64,000 nt of DNA from Adineta vaga. Lineage: Eukaryota > Animalia > Rotifera. The notes beneath the pieces are model-generated. The model was not told where the DNA came from, ran no database searches, and saw only the letters and a program-made list of their open reading frames with translations. The stretch is from positions 5,704,001-5,768,000 of the forward strand of contig CP075494.1 of assembly GCA_021613535.1 (NCBI GenBank), given 5' to 3'. Made by a program: the position numbers and the translations under genes. This document shows positions 13,011 through 26,665 of this stretch, one piece after another (the first letter of the stretch is position 1; the number at the start of each line of letters is the position of its first letter).

Positions 13011-13940
13011 TGAAAATGCACTAAGGAAGAAAAACAAGAAACATCTAGAAAGTTAAATCTCTATTTTCCTATAGAATTTTCTTTTTCTCTTCGAAAACTA
13101 ACGAGTACATTGCGTACTATTATTATCGATTTACATTTTATCTGTAGGTCTACATCAGTTTTGATATTTTAATTAAAGAACATTCTCTCCGTCCCGTCAG
13201 TCAATGAACAATATTAAAGGTTTTTAATGCTCATCAACATTCATAAAATTCCTTTTTTTTTCTCTTTCTCTCTTTCGCATGAAAGATTAACTAGAATGAT
13301 ATTCACAATTCTGAGAGCATTTCTATGCTTTAGTAAATCCATCTCTATAATTTTAGTAGGACAAACACATTAATTGAATATAATTTACTTTTGAGATTCA
13401 ACTAAAAAGAAATCTTTCGAATAAATCTAAAGTTGCTTCTTAACTTTCACTTATTTTTCTTTGCATTGCAGATAATTGTTAGTAATGATGAACGACGTGG
13501 ATTTAATATAGAACATGAGATAGAAATGAGTTTCATTCTATTTAAACACACACAGAACGCTGGAATTATTTTCAACCTAATTGCATTTTGTTGATCAATA
13601 ATTTAGTTAATTAAAAGCACGTTTACGTTGTGCTATGGATTTCAAACTTATGTAATTTTTCGCTTTCCATAAAACTGCATAGGTTTCCACACCTACATAG
13701 ACAGATTACTCTCAAGTATAGCATCTGACTAACTATATATATCATAAACTAGTATTTGTTGGTATTCTAACCAATAATAATCATTTCGTATATCAATCAA
13801 TCAATCAATCAAATGGATTTCTAAACATGTATATATGTAATTGATAAAACGAACTGTAGAAATATAAAATCTGGATTTTTTGTTTTTGATTATTTGTTCG
13901 AAAAATAATTTTGTTTTTAGGCACATTCTTACACGTCAAT

Positions 13941-15086
13941 ATGGAACTTAGTGATTCGATTAATCCTGCAGTAGGTATTTTTCATGCAGCATGTTTAGAA
14001 AATGATTTAATAGAGGTTAAGAAAACGATATCACCTCACGTTCTTGATGAACCCGATTCAAATGGTGATACAGCTCTTCATATCGTATCATCAAAAGGTT
14101 ATATTCAACTTATTCAACTTTTATTTCATTATAATGCATCAAGAACAATTCAAAATAAGAATGGTTTAACTGCTGAAGAAGTGGCATTGAATGATGACAC
14201 CAAAAACCTTTTCAAATTAAAGAAAAGACCAAAATCAGATTCAAAACATTTTATTGGTTCAGCAAATGAAATTGAATGGCTTGATACATATAGAAATGCA
14301 CACAGAATCGCTTTCGAAAATCTTGAACATATGAAGCGATGGGTATTGAAAGTACCATTTACAGAATTACTCAAAAAACTTCGAGAAGGCTATATAAACC
14401 ATATTAAGTTTCGTAGCGATCTTTCGAAAAAAGAAATCGAAGGTTATTTGGAGCTAGTCTCAGACTGGGAACAACCGGTAGGATTGATTACAGCATATGT
14501 AAGTGGTGGAACTGGCTTTTGTACAGCTTTAAATTACGATTTAGCTAAACATGGTTCTAATTTTCGTTTTTTAAGTATACAAAATTTATTTGATTCAGGT
14601 TATTCGGATAATGAAGCACCCAAACGTCTTGGTCAATATATATTCACTGCACTTGTTATCAATCATTCTTCCTTTGAAAAATATCAGCGTACTGGACTGA
14701 GCTATCGTGGCATGAGTCTTACTCAAAGCGAAATCGATCAATATAAAAATGGTGATATTATTATGACTCGTTCTTTTCTTTCCACTTCAAAAACTCAACA
14801 AACAGCTGATCTTTTTCTTTCACCATCACATGAACATAAACAAGATCCTTCTGAAAACAAAGCTGATGAACAAAAATATCCCGTTCTATGTGTTTATGAT
14901 GTTGTTAATTCACGATCAAGTCTTAACCTTGAACCACTAAGTCACTTCGACGAACAAGAAGTACTTATTAGTCCTTTTGTGGTTTTTTGTGTCAAGAAAC
15001 CTGCAGATACTTCACTGTATTTAGACAAACCAAAAGATGGTGTTACGCTTATTCATTTAAAAGAATCTAATTCTAATTTAAAATAA
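13941..15086 (+). CDS. Ankyrin repeat + R-S-E class mono-ADP-ribosyltransferase
   Basis: Ankyrin NGDTALHIVS...NKNGLTAEEVA; ART motifs SYRGM, SFLSTSK, DEQEVLI. Confidence 0.85.
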   Translation: MELSDSINPAVGIFHAACLENDLIEVKKTISPHVLDEPDSNGDTALHIVSSKGYIQLIQLLFHYNASRTIQNKNGLTAEEVALNDDTKNLFKLKKRPKSDSKHFIGSANEIEWLDTYRNAHRIAFENLEHMKRWVLKVPFTELLKKLREGYINHIKFRSDLSKKEIEGYLELVSDWEQPVGLITAYVSGGTGFCTALNYDLAKHGSNFRFLSIQNLFDSGYSDNEAPKRLGQYIFTALVINHSSFEKYQRTGLSYRGMSLTQSEIDQYKNGDIIMTRSFLSTSKTQQTADLFLSPSHEHKQDPSENKADEQKYPVLCVYDVVNSRSSLNLEPLSHFDEQEVLISPFVVFCVKKPADTSLYLDKPKDGVTLIHLKESNSNLK

Positions 15087-15237
15087 ATTCATTTGTTCTT
15101 TCGTAGCAATCGTAGATGAAAATATTAATTCAAGTCAGTAATACATATGGGAAGGCTTATATATTGGAATAGTTTTTTTTTGCATATTTAATCAATTTTA
15201 TCATAACACAAAGAAAAATAAATTAACAAAAAGTTTT

Positions 15238-17089
15238 CTATTCATAAGGTCTATAGAGAAATTGCTCATTTTTTTCCGTTTTATTTGCACAAGGTGGATA
15301 TGGATCACCTCGGCAAGCAAATAAGATTTCCATAGTTACACCAAAATCTCTCGGATGATGAGTACACCATCCTTTTCCATCATTGACTGGTGGTGAACAC
15401 CATAGAAGAGAATCTCGAACAAAAACTTCGAATTGTGGTGAAGGTGCTGGTAAATTTAATGGAATTGATTCATATGTTAAATCTAATATTCCATTAATAT
15501 CATCATAGGTTTTATTAGATGAGAATGGGATAGTTGTAATTGGTATTGAAAGAGTTTTATTATGAAGACGAAAAATCGGCAAACGAATTTGTTTATCGGT
15601 CCAATAGATCAGAAATTTTTTCTCATCAAGCTGAGATCGTAATGATACAGATTTTAAATCAGATGAAAATGCTGGAACAATCAATGTACGATTTTTCAAA
15701 TGTGTGAATTGTAAAATTAATAGAGCACGCATCAGAAGATTACGATTACTAATATCCATTTTGCTAGACAGAAAGAATTTAAATGAACTTAGAAGAGTTT
15801 TTCTCTCAATATTTACGTGTCTGATATTGTAACTGTGAAATATTTACTATTAGAATCACCGTAATATTTTTTTGAACGAATTCCAAGTTGTTCTGCTCGA
15901 TCGAATAGTACAAAAGCACTTCCATCAGTCATTAAATGTGAAAAATGATTATGAAATACATGTGTTGTCCAATTTAGTGGTGGAATTGGTTTGACAGCTT
16001 TCAAATAAGTTTTATCAAGACGATCGTAATTTTTTAATAGAGCATCTAATGCACGTTGATCAGATAAATACCCACCTTTACCATATCGTATCCAAAAATC
16101 CGCAACATATGAAAAGAACTCGATTGAGGCGTTCGTAGAACGAACAAAGAATATACCGATATTTACTCTCGGATGAGAACCAAAATGATCACTTATTTGT
16201 AGATCATAAGCTTCCATCGGTTGTTTTAAATGATCAAGTGGATTTGCTCTCCTAGAAAGATAATATTTACGTGTACATGTTCATTTATTTTCTTACCAAA
16301 AAACGTCCATTTCACTTAAAACAACTGAATAACCCATTTGAACAATCTTTGCCGCTGTATTAAACTTAGCATGACCAACACGGTAGAGAGAATGTTGTCG
16401 TGCTTCGAGACTATTAATCCATTGTAATTGTTGTTCAAATGTAAATGTTGAATAATACACTGGTATATTTTGTTTTAAAGCTAAAATCACAGCAATTTCA
16501 TCCATAGCTACGATAAAACAATGACATGTAGTTGTTTGATTAGATATTTCGTACATTCGTTCGTGCCAATCCCAACCAAATAATGAATAACTATCACCAC
16601 CGATAATAGTAATGATAACTTGTTTGAATGAATTTGAATATTGTTGAAGAAGTGAATGAAGATGTTCATCACTGGAATATTTTTCAAATGTATTTTGATG
16701 AATGACATTCGGAAAGGATTTTAATTCAAGTACAGAAGAATCTATTGGAAAAAAACCATTGATTATAACTTTCAAAATGATGCGTATGAGATATTTGTTA
16801 TGTCATGCAGCTAAACTATCATCGATTATATTAATTCGTCTCTTTCTTTCTTTTATAATATCTGTGTATCTATGAAAAAAACAATACCTGTTTGTGTAGG
16901 TTTCTTTATAATTGTTGATGCTGGAGAGACTAATTGATTTTCTTGTGGAGTAACCGGTACGGATGTTTGTGGAATTAAATCTTCTCGATAGAAATAAATT
17001 GCAATTAGAGTTGAGATGATTAATATCGATAATAATATACATGTTGAATATGAACGACTACTATATCGTATCTTTCGAAAGGACAACAT
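15238..17089 (-). CDS. Type II membrane nucleotide-diphospho-sugar transferase (GT77-like), 4 exons
   Basis: N-terminal TM anchor; probable intron 16742-16887; motifs GYSVVLSEMDVFW|RANPL, VNIGIFFVRS, SDQRAL. Confidence 0.7.
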
Positions 17090-17269
17090 AATTAGAAGCT
17101 AAGTATTTATGAATCAACTATTATTTCTTTAATAAAAGAGAGAGCAATGGGAAGCATAATAGTTGAAGTGAATGCACATGGTTATTTCTTTTCAAAGGCT
17201 TTTTTTTCTAGAAAAAGAAACTGAATGATGATGATTACATATACCGTTCTTTTACTTCATATGAAAGGA

Positions 17270-17301
17270 AGAGAGAGAGAGAGAGAGAAAGAGAAAAGAG
17301 A
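17270..17301. repeat. (GA)n microsatellite
   Basis: Directly visible. Similar GA/CT tracts near 6604, 28670, 33217, 41880 and 58978. Confidence 0.8.
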
Positions 17302-18981
17302 GAATGGAAGCAAATATAAGTTAAAAATATAGATGAAATCAGATCAAGATCTTGTAACCTTGGTAGCATATGTTCAATTCGACGAGTGATTAAATAGCTA
17401 ATCATTTATAAAAAAAAGCCCCTATATTTCAGTATCTTAACTCAAGTTACATATTTTGCTTTTAACCTTTGTCGCTTATCATAAACAGAACTCAGTGATA
17501 TAATGAGATTACGAATGTGAAACTATGACATATGTTCTACTCATATTTTATTGATTGTTGATGTTAAACATGGTGACCAAGTAAATTCCAACAGCAATGA
17601 GTTTGATTTGAATGATACTCAACCGCGCCGACTATTTCTGATTGTTGATTGTACCAATAAAATCTGACGTGGATCGAAAAAGAAATATTGGACGCGTTTG
17701 AAATTTTTCCTCTTCTCTTCAAATCTCTTTATGGCAGCAAAAAAAAGGAAATTTGTCTTAAATGGATGATAAATTCATTTGAAGAAAGACAAATATTTTA
17801 ATCAGTTCTTTCAAATCTATATTTATCTAAAGTATATATTCGTAATATGATTTTTCAAAAAACGTTATCGATAAAAGAAATTAAAAGCGATATATACAAA
17901 TACCAACAGAAATCACACATCAAAATCGCTTGTTTTATTGACAAATTTCTGTCTATTCGTATCAATAATGCATATCCAAAACAAAATATAAAAATTGCTT
18001 CAATTCGTTTCATTACTTATATATTAATTTAACACTTCTCAAGATTAATTATCAATTTCAAAGTATATCATGGCAATAAATGTTGACCTTTTAATTGCTC
18101 GTATACACTGATATGACACTGTCATATGTATGTCCTAGATAAATAATATTTATAGAATCAATTAAACATTACATATGACTTTGCATAGAATTCAATGTAA
18201 AGTATTTTCATTGAAATAAACAAAATACTTTTTACAGCACGTTGAGCAGCGACGAGAAATTCTATATTTATACTAAAAAAATAACATACTTTGAACGAAC
18301 ATTTATCGGATTGATATTCTTAATTAAATGGAAGTTTACAAGAAAAAAATTTGGTTATTAGTTTTGTCTCTCTTTCCGACTGTACTTCTCTGATTACTTT
18401 GTATTTTGTTTAGTGAAAAATCAATGAACTGAAATCAAGATCTTATAAGAACATTCTATTTTCTGTATATGTCTTTCTTCAGCTATTTCAAAAATTGTTG
18501 TGATTATAAAACCGTATTTTCTACAAAGATTCATTTTAATGATATGAGAAAAGTTTTTATGGTTGAACAACTATGTGAATTATAATTTCAGAAAAAGTGA
18601 TACATAACATTGCTTTAGATTAGATTCTTTTCCTTAGATATGACTTTAATGAAGATTAGCCAGATGTGTTTTACTTTTACCTTTTTTTTTTAATAAAAGA
18701 TGCCTTAAGAGTAAGTATCACTGATTTTGTTCGTCTGAGAAACTTGAACTAGCTTTCTTTTGTGTAAATTTTTGCAGAAAAAAATCTTGTTGTTCTTTTT
18801 TTGTAAGAATGTAACAGATTTAAGAGTGATCTTTTTTGCACTAGAATATTATCTTAACACTTAAACATCCGCTTATTATCTTGTATGACAGAATGTAAAA
18901 GTATACTGAAGTTGTTTATAAAGAAAGATTTTCTATCGTGTATGATATACCAAATAATAGAAACTATGAACATTTTTAGAT

Positions 18982-20068
18982 ATGAATAGTACAACAAGTC
19001 GAAATGTAAGCAGCACGTTATTAGCTGTACCATATCAGCTGAATATATGGTTTGGTTGTTTTATCTTGATTACAGGAAATATTAGTACGATCGGAAATAT
19101 CATTGTTTTTACTTCACGATCATTTCGAAATCGTGCTTGTACAATTTATTTATTAGCTGAAGCTATTGTTTTGATTTTCTTTTTTAATTTTGTTCTTCTT
19201 ACACGTACACTTCAAAAAGGTTTTCAAATACCTGTTTTAAATCAATACGATGTTATCTGTCGACTTCGTTACTTTGCTTCACAATATACCAATTTATTAG
19301 CGATTAGTTTATTCATCTTAGCATCACTTGATCGACTTCTTTCAACACATCGTTCACAAGGTAAAATATAAACAATCGACAATCATTTCAAACTTATCTA
19401 TTACATCTTGTTTAGTATTTAGACAATGGAGTGGTCGAGTTAATCTTGCATATAAGTTAACTTTAACTTGTACAATTGTCTGGTTTTTAACAACTTGTCA
19501 TCGATTAGCATTCTATAGTACATCAACTGGACGTTGTCTTGCCAAAGAAGGTCTTTATGCTACTTTTGATAATTATTTCGAAGCTATTGTATCTGGTTTA
19601 TGTCCACCGATCATTATATTTTTATTAGCTTATTTACTAATACGAAGTGTTCGAAATACAATTCAAAGACAAATCATAACTGTATCTAATCAACAAACAA
19701 GATCTTCAGAATATTCAACATTTCTTCAAAAAACCGACAAACAATTAACTGAAATGTTACTATGGCAAACATTAATTGCAATTCCAGCATTTCTTCCTTA
19801 TGCAGGACAATTAATTTATACAAATGTAACTGAAAATTGGTCAAAATCACCGGAATGGTTAGCTTGGGAGAATATTGTTATTGAAACTATTCGATTATTA
19901 TCGTATACATTTTTTAGTACACGTTTATACATCACATTAATTTCTAGTCAAGGTATTCGAGAACAAATCTTCAAAGTATTTCGATTAAGAAATACTATTC
20001 ATCCAAAAGATGAAACATTACATACAATTCATTTTACTACAGGTGGAACAATACCAAATAGACAATAA
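18982..20068 (+). CDS. Orphan class-A GPCR (2 exons)
   Basis: GN in TM1, SLDRL, DKQLTEMLLWQ; an intron starting at 19361 joins the two ORF-track fragments. Confidence 0.85.
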
Positions 20069-20215
20069 CATATCTTAAAGGTTCATATTTGAACATTTAC
20101 TTTTTCATCAGAAAAGAATACATGACTTATTTGTATTACTGAATCGATTCTGTTTGATTTATTTTATAAAGAATTTATATGTATATATACAGAGATTGAA
20201 TGAAAATAGTTCATA

Positions 20216-20678
20216 TTAATCAAAAATTGCCCCACAAAAATTACAACGTCGTTGTCGAAGTGCAAGACAACAAAGTATTCCAATTGGAAATAAGAATATA
20301 GCACAACAAAGACCCGCACATGTGAATTCTGTATCTAACATGCCAACCTAAAGAATAGCATCAATAATACTTGTTAAAATTTCATAGACAAAAAATGATT
20401 GACAAACTTTGCAAGCTGGACATCCACCAAGTACAATAACAGTAGGTTGTTGTTGTTGAGAACCAAATGCATAAGGATATGGTGAAGTATTGGTCGTTAT
20501 TGCCAGAATAGATGAATCATTAAATGTTCCATAAACTAAAATGATCATATTCTTATTTGAATTGAAAATTGAAGAATGATTATCAATTACTTTGACTTGT
20601 TGCATCTTGATATGTAGGTGGATTATCATCTTCGTCAACGATTAAACGTTGTTGATCAGAGACGATGTTTGTTGCCAT
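20216..20678 (-). CDS. BRI3: Brain protein I3-like cysteine-rich membrane protein
   Basis: Spliced GGCPACK|VGMLDTEFTCAGLCCAIFLFPIGILCCLALRQRRCNFCGAIFD*, plus a PPxY in the N-terminus. Confidence 0.88.
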
Positions 20679-21068
20679 TGAATTGAATATTGTTTAAATT
20701 AGTTTGACAGTTTTTTTTTCTTTCGATTTGACGTTACTCATTTATATTTTAACTCGATTTTTGATTGGTTGAAAATCGTCATTATACAATTCGTCTGTCC
20801 TTCATTATTTTATGATTTAGAAAAATATAATTCATTGTAATTTACAAGCAAAATTTAGAATTGAAAGCTTTTCCTAAAAATTTATCAAACATCTGAATCC
20901 TATTAGTTGGTTTTTCACATATTTTGCTATCTATGGCTATCGAGATACATACACATGTGCAACACAGCTCATAGATAAACTAAACTTCAGATGATATAGA
21001 AGAAAGAAATAATTTCATCATTCTATGTGTATGTCTGAACTTGTTAAAAAATAAATTTGAATATTAAC

Positions 21069-22328
21069 ATGACAATAGCTCGATCTGTAGCGATCATCGG
21101 CGGAGGAATTGGTGGTTTAACTCTAGCTAATTCTCTGATTCGTTCAGGATTATCAGTTTCGTTATATGAACGTACACCTCATTATATCTCAACTGCTGGC
21201 GCTGGATTTGGTTTCCAACCAAATGGTCAGATATCACTGGCTTATATTGGATTAAAAAATTCGATTGACAAAATTGTTCATCCGTTTCTTCAATGGCAAT
21301 TGATCGATAATCATGGTAAAGTTCTAAGTACATCGACTCGATTGAGTGAATATGGAGAACGATTTGGTTATTATATCGGTGGTGCTATTCGTGCCGATCT
21401 CGTTAATATATTGAAAGAACCGCTTGAAAAAAATCATAGTTTACATTATTCACATAAAGTCATTGATATTCAACAAGATAGCGATGGTGTTACACTTTCA
21501 TTTGAAAATGAACGCGACCAAAAACCAGTTCGAGTTGATATGGTTATCGGTGCTGATGGAATTCATTCGACAGTTGTTAAAAAAATCTTTTCTCAAACAG
21601 AATTACCAATATATTCCAAAGAAAATATATTCTATGGAGTTATCGATAATATTGATCAACATACATCGATTAGTCCAATTGTAACACAAAAAAATACATT
21701 AATACAATGTTTTGATAAAGGTGAATTCATTTGCTATCGAGTAGGCAATCAAGGACAATTTATGTGGGCAGCAACTTATCCATCGGATACACCTCCACCA
21801 GCCAGTACTGATACTGAATGGACAGAAATGAATAATCAACGTGAATTAACTCGTTTCCTAACATTATTTCCTTCAACACATCCAGTTCATCAATGTGCAG
21901 CAGAAACAAATATACAACGTTTACTTCATTTTGGTTTATTTTATCGTCGACATCGTGATGATGGATGGCATCGTGATCGAATTGGTTTATTAGGAGATGC
22001 TTGTCATGCAACATTACCTTATGCTGGTCAAGGTGCAAATATGGCCATTGAAGATGCAATTACACTTACATTATGTTTAGAAAAATATCAATATGAGATG
22101 AAACCAGCATTCGAAGAATATTATAAGAAACGTTTTCCTCGAACGAAACGTGTTGTCGACATGTCCAGACAAATGGGATTATTTTTTCATTCACAAAATC
22201 CATTGGTACATTCAATTCGACAGAGAATTCTTCCAAAAATAATGAATTCAAATCTAATGATGAAGTTTGCTGAAAAAGAACTGTTTGAAAATTGTCCTGT
22301 TCCAATTGAACATAAGAATATTAAATAG
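21069..22328 (+). CDS. FAD-dependent monooxygenase (aromatic-ring hydroxylase family), intronless
   Basis: GGGIGG Rossmann motif, GADGIHS, LLGDACHATLPYAGQGANMAIEDA. Confidence 0.9.
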   Translation: MTIARSVAIIGGGIGGLTLANSLIRSGLSVSLYERTPHYISTAGAGFGFQPNGQISLAYIGLKNSIDKIVHPFLQWQLIDNHGKVLSTSTRLSEYGERFGYYIGGAIRADLVNILKEPLEKNHSLHYSHKVIDIQQDSDGVTLSFENERDQKPVRVDMVIGADGIHSTVVKKIFSQTELPIYSKENIFYGVIDNIDQHTSISPIVTQKNTLIQCFDKGEFICYRVGNQGQFMWAATYPSDTPPPASTDTEWTEMNNQRELTRFLTLFPSTHPVHQCAAETNIQRLLHFGLFYRRHRDDGWHRDRIGLLGDACHATLPYAGQGANMAIEDAITLTLCLEKYQYEMKPAFEEYYKKRFPRTKRVVDMSRQMGLFFHSQNPLVHSIRQRILPKIMNSNLMMKFAEKELFENCPVPIEHKNIK

Positions 22329-23034
22329 AAGAAATCGGTTCAAGGAGAAACAAGCGAACTTCTGTACTTTTTATACTTCTTCGTACTTCTACATTAGATG
22401 AATTTTTATTCATAGTATCAATGAATTCTCGTCTTATGATATTTATTTGAGTTTAGCTATAAAAAGGATGTGTAAAAATACAGAAATATATTGAACTGTA
22501 TCGAAGAGATTCTTATTTTGAAATGAAGATAAATAATAGTTACAAATTTGTCCGTAAACAATCGACGTGTTGGTTACTAACGGATGGGAATATGCGTCTT
22601 TAATTTATTTTATAGTTAGTATTTTCTTCATAAATAAATATAAAGAAATCTGTAAACAAATTCATATATTTATACATATATATCATCATACTTTTCTGTA
22701 CTTCGGAAATGCAGAACTCTCTTTGATCACTTACTAAAACTAAAAAGAATATCTCAGAACTAAAGCAAACGTATGATTTCTGTTCGGATGTTTATTGAAT
22801 AATAACGACACAATGAGAACAGTATAATATCATCATTCATTTTTATATATGAATCAACGATCACTTGCGATCTCTATTGCCTTTAAAAGTTGCATCGATG
22901 TTCTTTTCCTTTCGTTTCGATTGAGTGCATCTACACATTTCATCACCATATGTATACTTATTTATTATGATTTTGCTATTTTCTATAAATATTCGCATTC
23001 AATAATGATAACTGTTGTATCATAGTTGTGATTA

Positions 23035-24310
23035 ATGATGATCACTAAAAAAGTACGATTCAATCATAGAGTAACTCTCAAATATTTTACAATTCTCACA
23101 ATTATAAGCATTCTTTTGATCTTTACAGGTAAGTAAGTAAGGAAAAAATAAATAATTCGTTCATAACCATACTATTCATTTGATATTTATAGTTTATCAT
23201 TATATCTCATTAGCATCTTATTCACATATTTCTGTTCATTTGAGTAATTTCCATCAAAATCTTAGTTTTACACGAGATAGTATTTACTTTCTGAATGGTA
23301 CTGCTTATGATTTCTATTCTATCGACGAATTAAACAATCATTTAGAAGCAGGATTTCAATGGAAAACATTTTCATTACCTAATGAAACTATTTCTTCATG
23401 GACACCTTCTCAACACATGCAACAACAAATATCAATCGAATCTCTTTCATTATCATCATCAACAACAACAACTGGTCTTGCATTTGTTGATCATATTTAT
23501 ATCACAACTGCTTCCGATCTAATAGATCGTCAAACTAATATCAAAAGAATGTTTAAACAAAATCAAATTTTCAATTATAAATGGCGAATGAAATGGTCAC
23601 GAGATACTTGTAATTCACCAGCAAATAGAGAAGAACTTTATAGGAAACTTAATCTACGAGATGGACCTATAAGTAAGAAAGTTGAAATCTTCATGAACGA
23701 TTTCTTTCGACGAAATATTCTAGATGGAGAAAAGAAAAAAAGACAATGTGCAATTACCATGGAACATATTGATATTTGGTACGATATTGTTGCTCGTAAT
23801 TCATCATTATCCCTCATTCTTGAAGATGATGCTGTTTTTGTACCTTTCTTTGGAGAAAAATTCAATCGAACTATTTATACAACAATTCGAACAGGTGCTC
23901 TTAAAATAGGTGGTCTTGAGAATTGCATCAAAGATAAACCAAATCGATCAAAGAATAATGATGAATGGATTGAACAAGATCCTATAATTGTTATTGGAGG
24001 ATGTATGTCAATGTATGATAAGACCTTTCAAAGAAATCAAAAAGATGCACAGCCAATATTAACTGTACATAAAGAAAGTGCAAGTCGTTGTTCTCATGCC
24101 TATCTCTTAACAGCTTGTTCAGCTCAAGCTTTACTACGACAGATATCTGTTCGAAAAAATATATTTATTCAATCGGATCTTCTCTTAAATGTACTTGTCA
24201 TTGCATCACCAACACTTCAATCATTTTGGCTTGATCCTCCCTTAGTTTATCAAGGAAATCGAATTAATGATTTAGATGGAATACCTTCATTTAAAAGAAC
24301 ATCCTATTAG
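23035..24310 (+). CDS. Type II membrane glycosyltransferase, GT25-like
   Basis: TM exon near 23035-23129; HIYIT...DRQ, EHIDIW, LILEDDAVF, CSHAYLL, PPLVYQ. Probable in-frame 51-nt intron at 23673-23723. Confidence 0.65.
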
Positions 24311-24355
24311 TTGCTATTTGTCAAATAAAACAGATGAAAAAAAACAACAAATATT

Positions 24356-25302
24356 TTAAATATTCTGATCAATCCATTGTTGATAATTTTTTCGTTGTCT
24401 TTCCATTTCTCGAATAGTCAATGTCCAAACATCGACATCATCGGATATAGCATATGGTTTTGGTCCATATTCAGGTGTTAATGTTAGTTTTGTTTTGCCT
24501 TGTTGAATTTGTTCAGACCAAATCATTTGCCACCATGTTTGCATCAAACGAGTTTCTTTTGGTGCATCAACAAGTGGATCCGTTACTTGAGCATGTTGAA
24601 CAGTACCAACACGTGCATGAATATGATCGACACGTGATATGATTGAACGCATACGTTCGAAATCCGATGGATGATTAAGCAAACGTTCACAAACAACTAA
24701 CCAATGAGAAAAATCAGCAGTTAAACGAAGATTTGGAAAACGTGATATCAAATGTAATGTAATAGCTGGATTAAATAGAGAACGACCACGATGTGTCTAA
24801 GTACAGAAAATGTTCGATTGAGTTCAAATAAATTATAAAAGTAGAACGAACAAACCTCATGTGATGATGAGACATTCGGATATTTTGCTTGTAGAATTAA
24901 TGCTTGTTCAAAGAACTTTTCATGCTGTTCGATTGTCCAATTATCCTGTCCACTATGAATATTAATATGAATTGGATTATATTTCATTATTTCTTCTAAT
25001 TCTTTATTTAGATTTTTTAAATGTTGTTCAACAGTTATATCTTGCCATGAATCAGGAATAAAATCAGCCCAATTAGTATAACAAATACCGATTAATTCAA
25101 GTTGATGTTTAGCTAATGTTTCCTTGAAAAATTCATCATTATTATGAGATAAACGATGAATGTCATTCAATGATGCTTCAATACCATCAAAACCACGATC
25201 ATGAAGTTCACTAAAAAGAAGATTTATATCCGAAGAAAATTGTGTTTCAGCACCCCAAATTGTTCGAAAAACTTTCAATTGTGGACGTTCTATTGTCGTC
25301 AT
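24356..25302 (-). CDS. Sugar phosphate isomerase/epimerase (xylose isomerase-like TIM barrel), 2 exons
   Basis: GFDGIE, INIHSGQD, HE|THR split by intron 24797-24855, LTADFSHW, HIHARVG, TPEYGP. Confidence 0.85.
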
Positions 25303-25442
25303 GATGTAAAAGGATAAACAAAGTAGTCGAGATAGTATATGGTAATCTCTTATTGAATGGAAGAAAAGAAAAAGAAGAAACACGTGATATTTTATTTGTT
25401 ATATTCTAATTTTTCTTTTAAAATCAAAATCGAATATTTCTA

Positions 25443-26665
25443 TCAATCAAAATGATAATTTTTTCGAATTTTTCGTCGAAAAAATTGAACAATTACACAA
25501 TCACATGCAATTAGAAATAACATGGAACCAGCACAAAAGATTAGATCTGGTTTACTTCGTCGATCGATCATATCTCGATGTTCTTCATAGTCCCAATAGA
25601 CACCATGCATTTGACAAATTGTTACAAAATAAATACATAAATGAAATAATTGATGACCTTGTCCAATAAAATCCAATGCACCGGGCCATATACGTTGAGG
25701 TAAATCTAAACCAAAAAGAATCGCACCAATAATAAATAAAATAATCTGTGCTAAATGACACATTAGCGCTGGATTTGATGATATATTCGATGAATATAAA
25801 CGAATACATAATGGAGAAATCGAATAAATCCATAGAAGACCGCATGGAAAAAATTGACAAAAACGTTTTAATGGTGGATAAGGTCGATGAAAATAATATT
25901 GAGCAAAACAATTGAGAAAACAAGCTAAAATTCCAAAACTAAGAAGAATAATAATATATTGATATTCAATATTTTGATAAAACCATTCCGGTGCCGAATA
26001 ATAAATATGAAGAAAACCTGAACCAAAACCATGTAAACTAACTCCAATGAAATCAATTAAAAAACAAGTCATATGAATTGTTTCAGATTTTGAATGAAGT
26101 AAATGCGCAAATGCCGAACAAAAAAACATTAGAATTGCTGTGCATAGTGAAACAGCAAACGGCCAAGAATGAGCATTTTCAAAGAAATTTAATTTCCTAC
26201 TGTAGAAGAACAGAAGATGTATCATGTATAAAATTCCTATTAAATGACTCCAAACATTGATTGTTTCGTTATGTTTATGAAAAAGTGATTTGAAATAATA
26301 AGACCATGGTTGATGAATCGAACGAAATCCATTGAAAATATATGGTTCAACAAATAAGGGTGGAACTTGATAAAATTTCAATGGATATCGTGGCATATTT
26401 TGAAGAGAAATAAATGCTGATTGTGCACGAAAATGTAAACGTTGAAGATAATGTGGAAAATTATATTCAAAAGAGAATGGAAATGTTGGAAGATAATGAG
26501 CAAAACGTGTTGTATCTAACATGATTTCTCGTTTATCTGACAATCGATGTTTTCGGCGTGAAAATTCTTCGATTGAACTAAAAGAAACGATGATGAAATT
26601 ATTCGAAAAGTAAAAGTCAATTCTTACCTATTCTTTCGTCGATGTTTTTTTCTCACATCAGACAT
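25443..26665 (-). CDS. PAQR family / membrane progestin receptor-like (hemolysin III family)
   Basis: EPYIFNGFR, HNETINVWSH, SAFAH, PQRIWPGALDFIGQGHQLFH; short first exon near 26629-26665. Confidence 0.88.

Noticed and set aside
17100-18980. Long non-coding gap, including ORF 17847-18032
   Set aside because: AT-rich sequence with only a GA microsatellite; the ORF has no coding signature. Probably GPCR upstream regulatory DNA.
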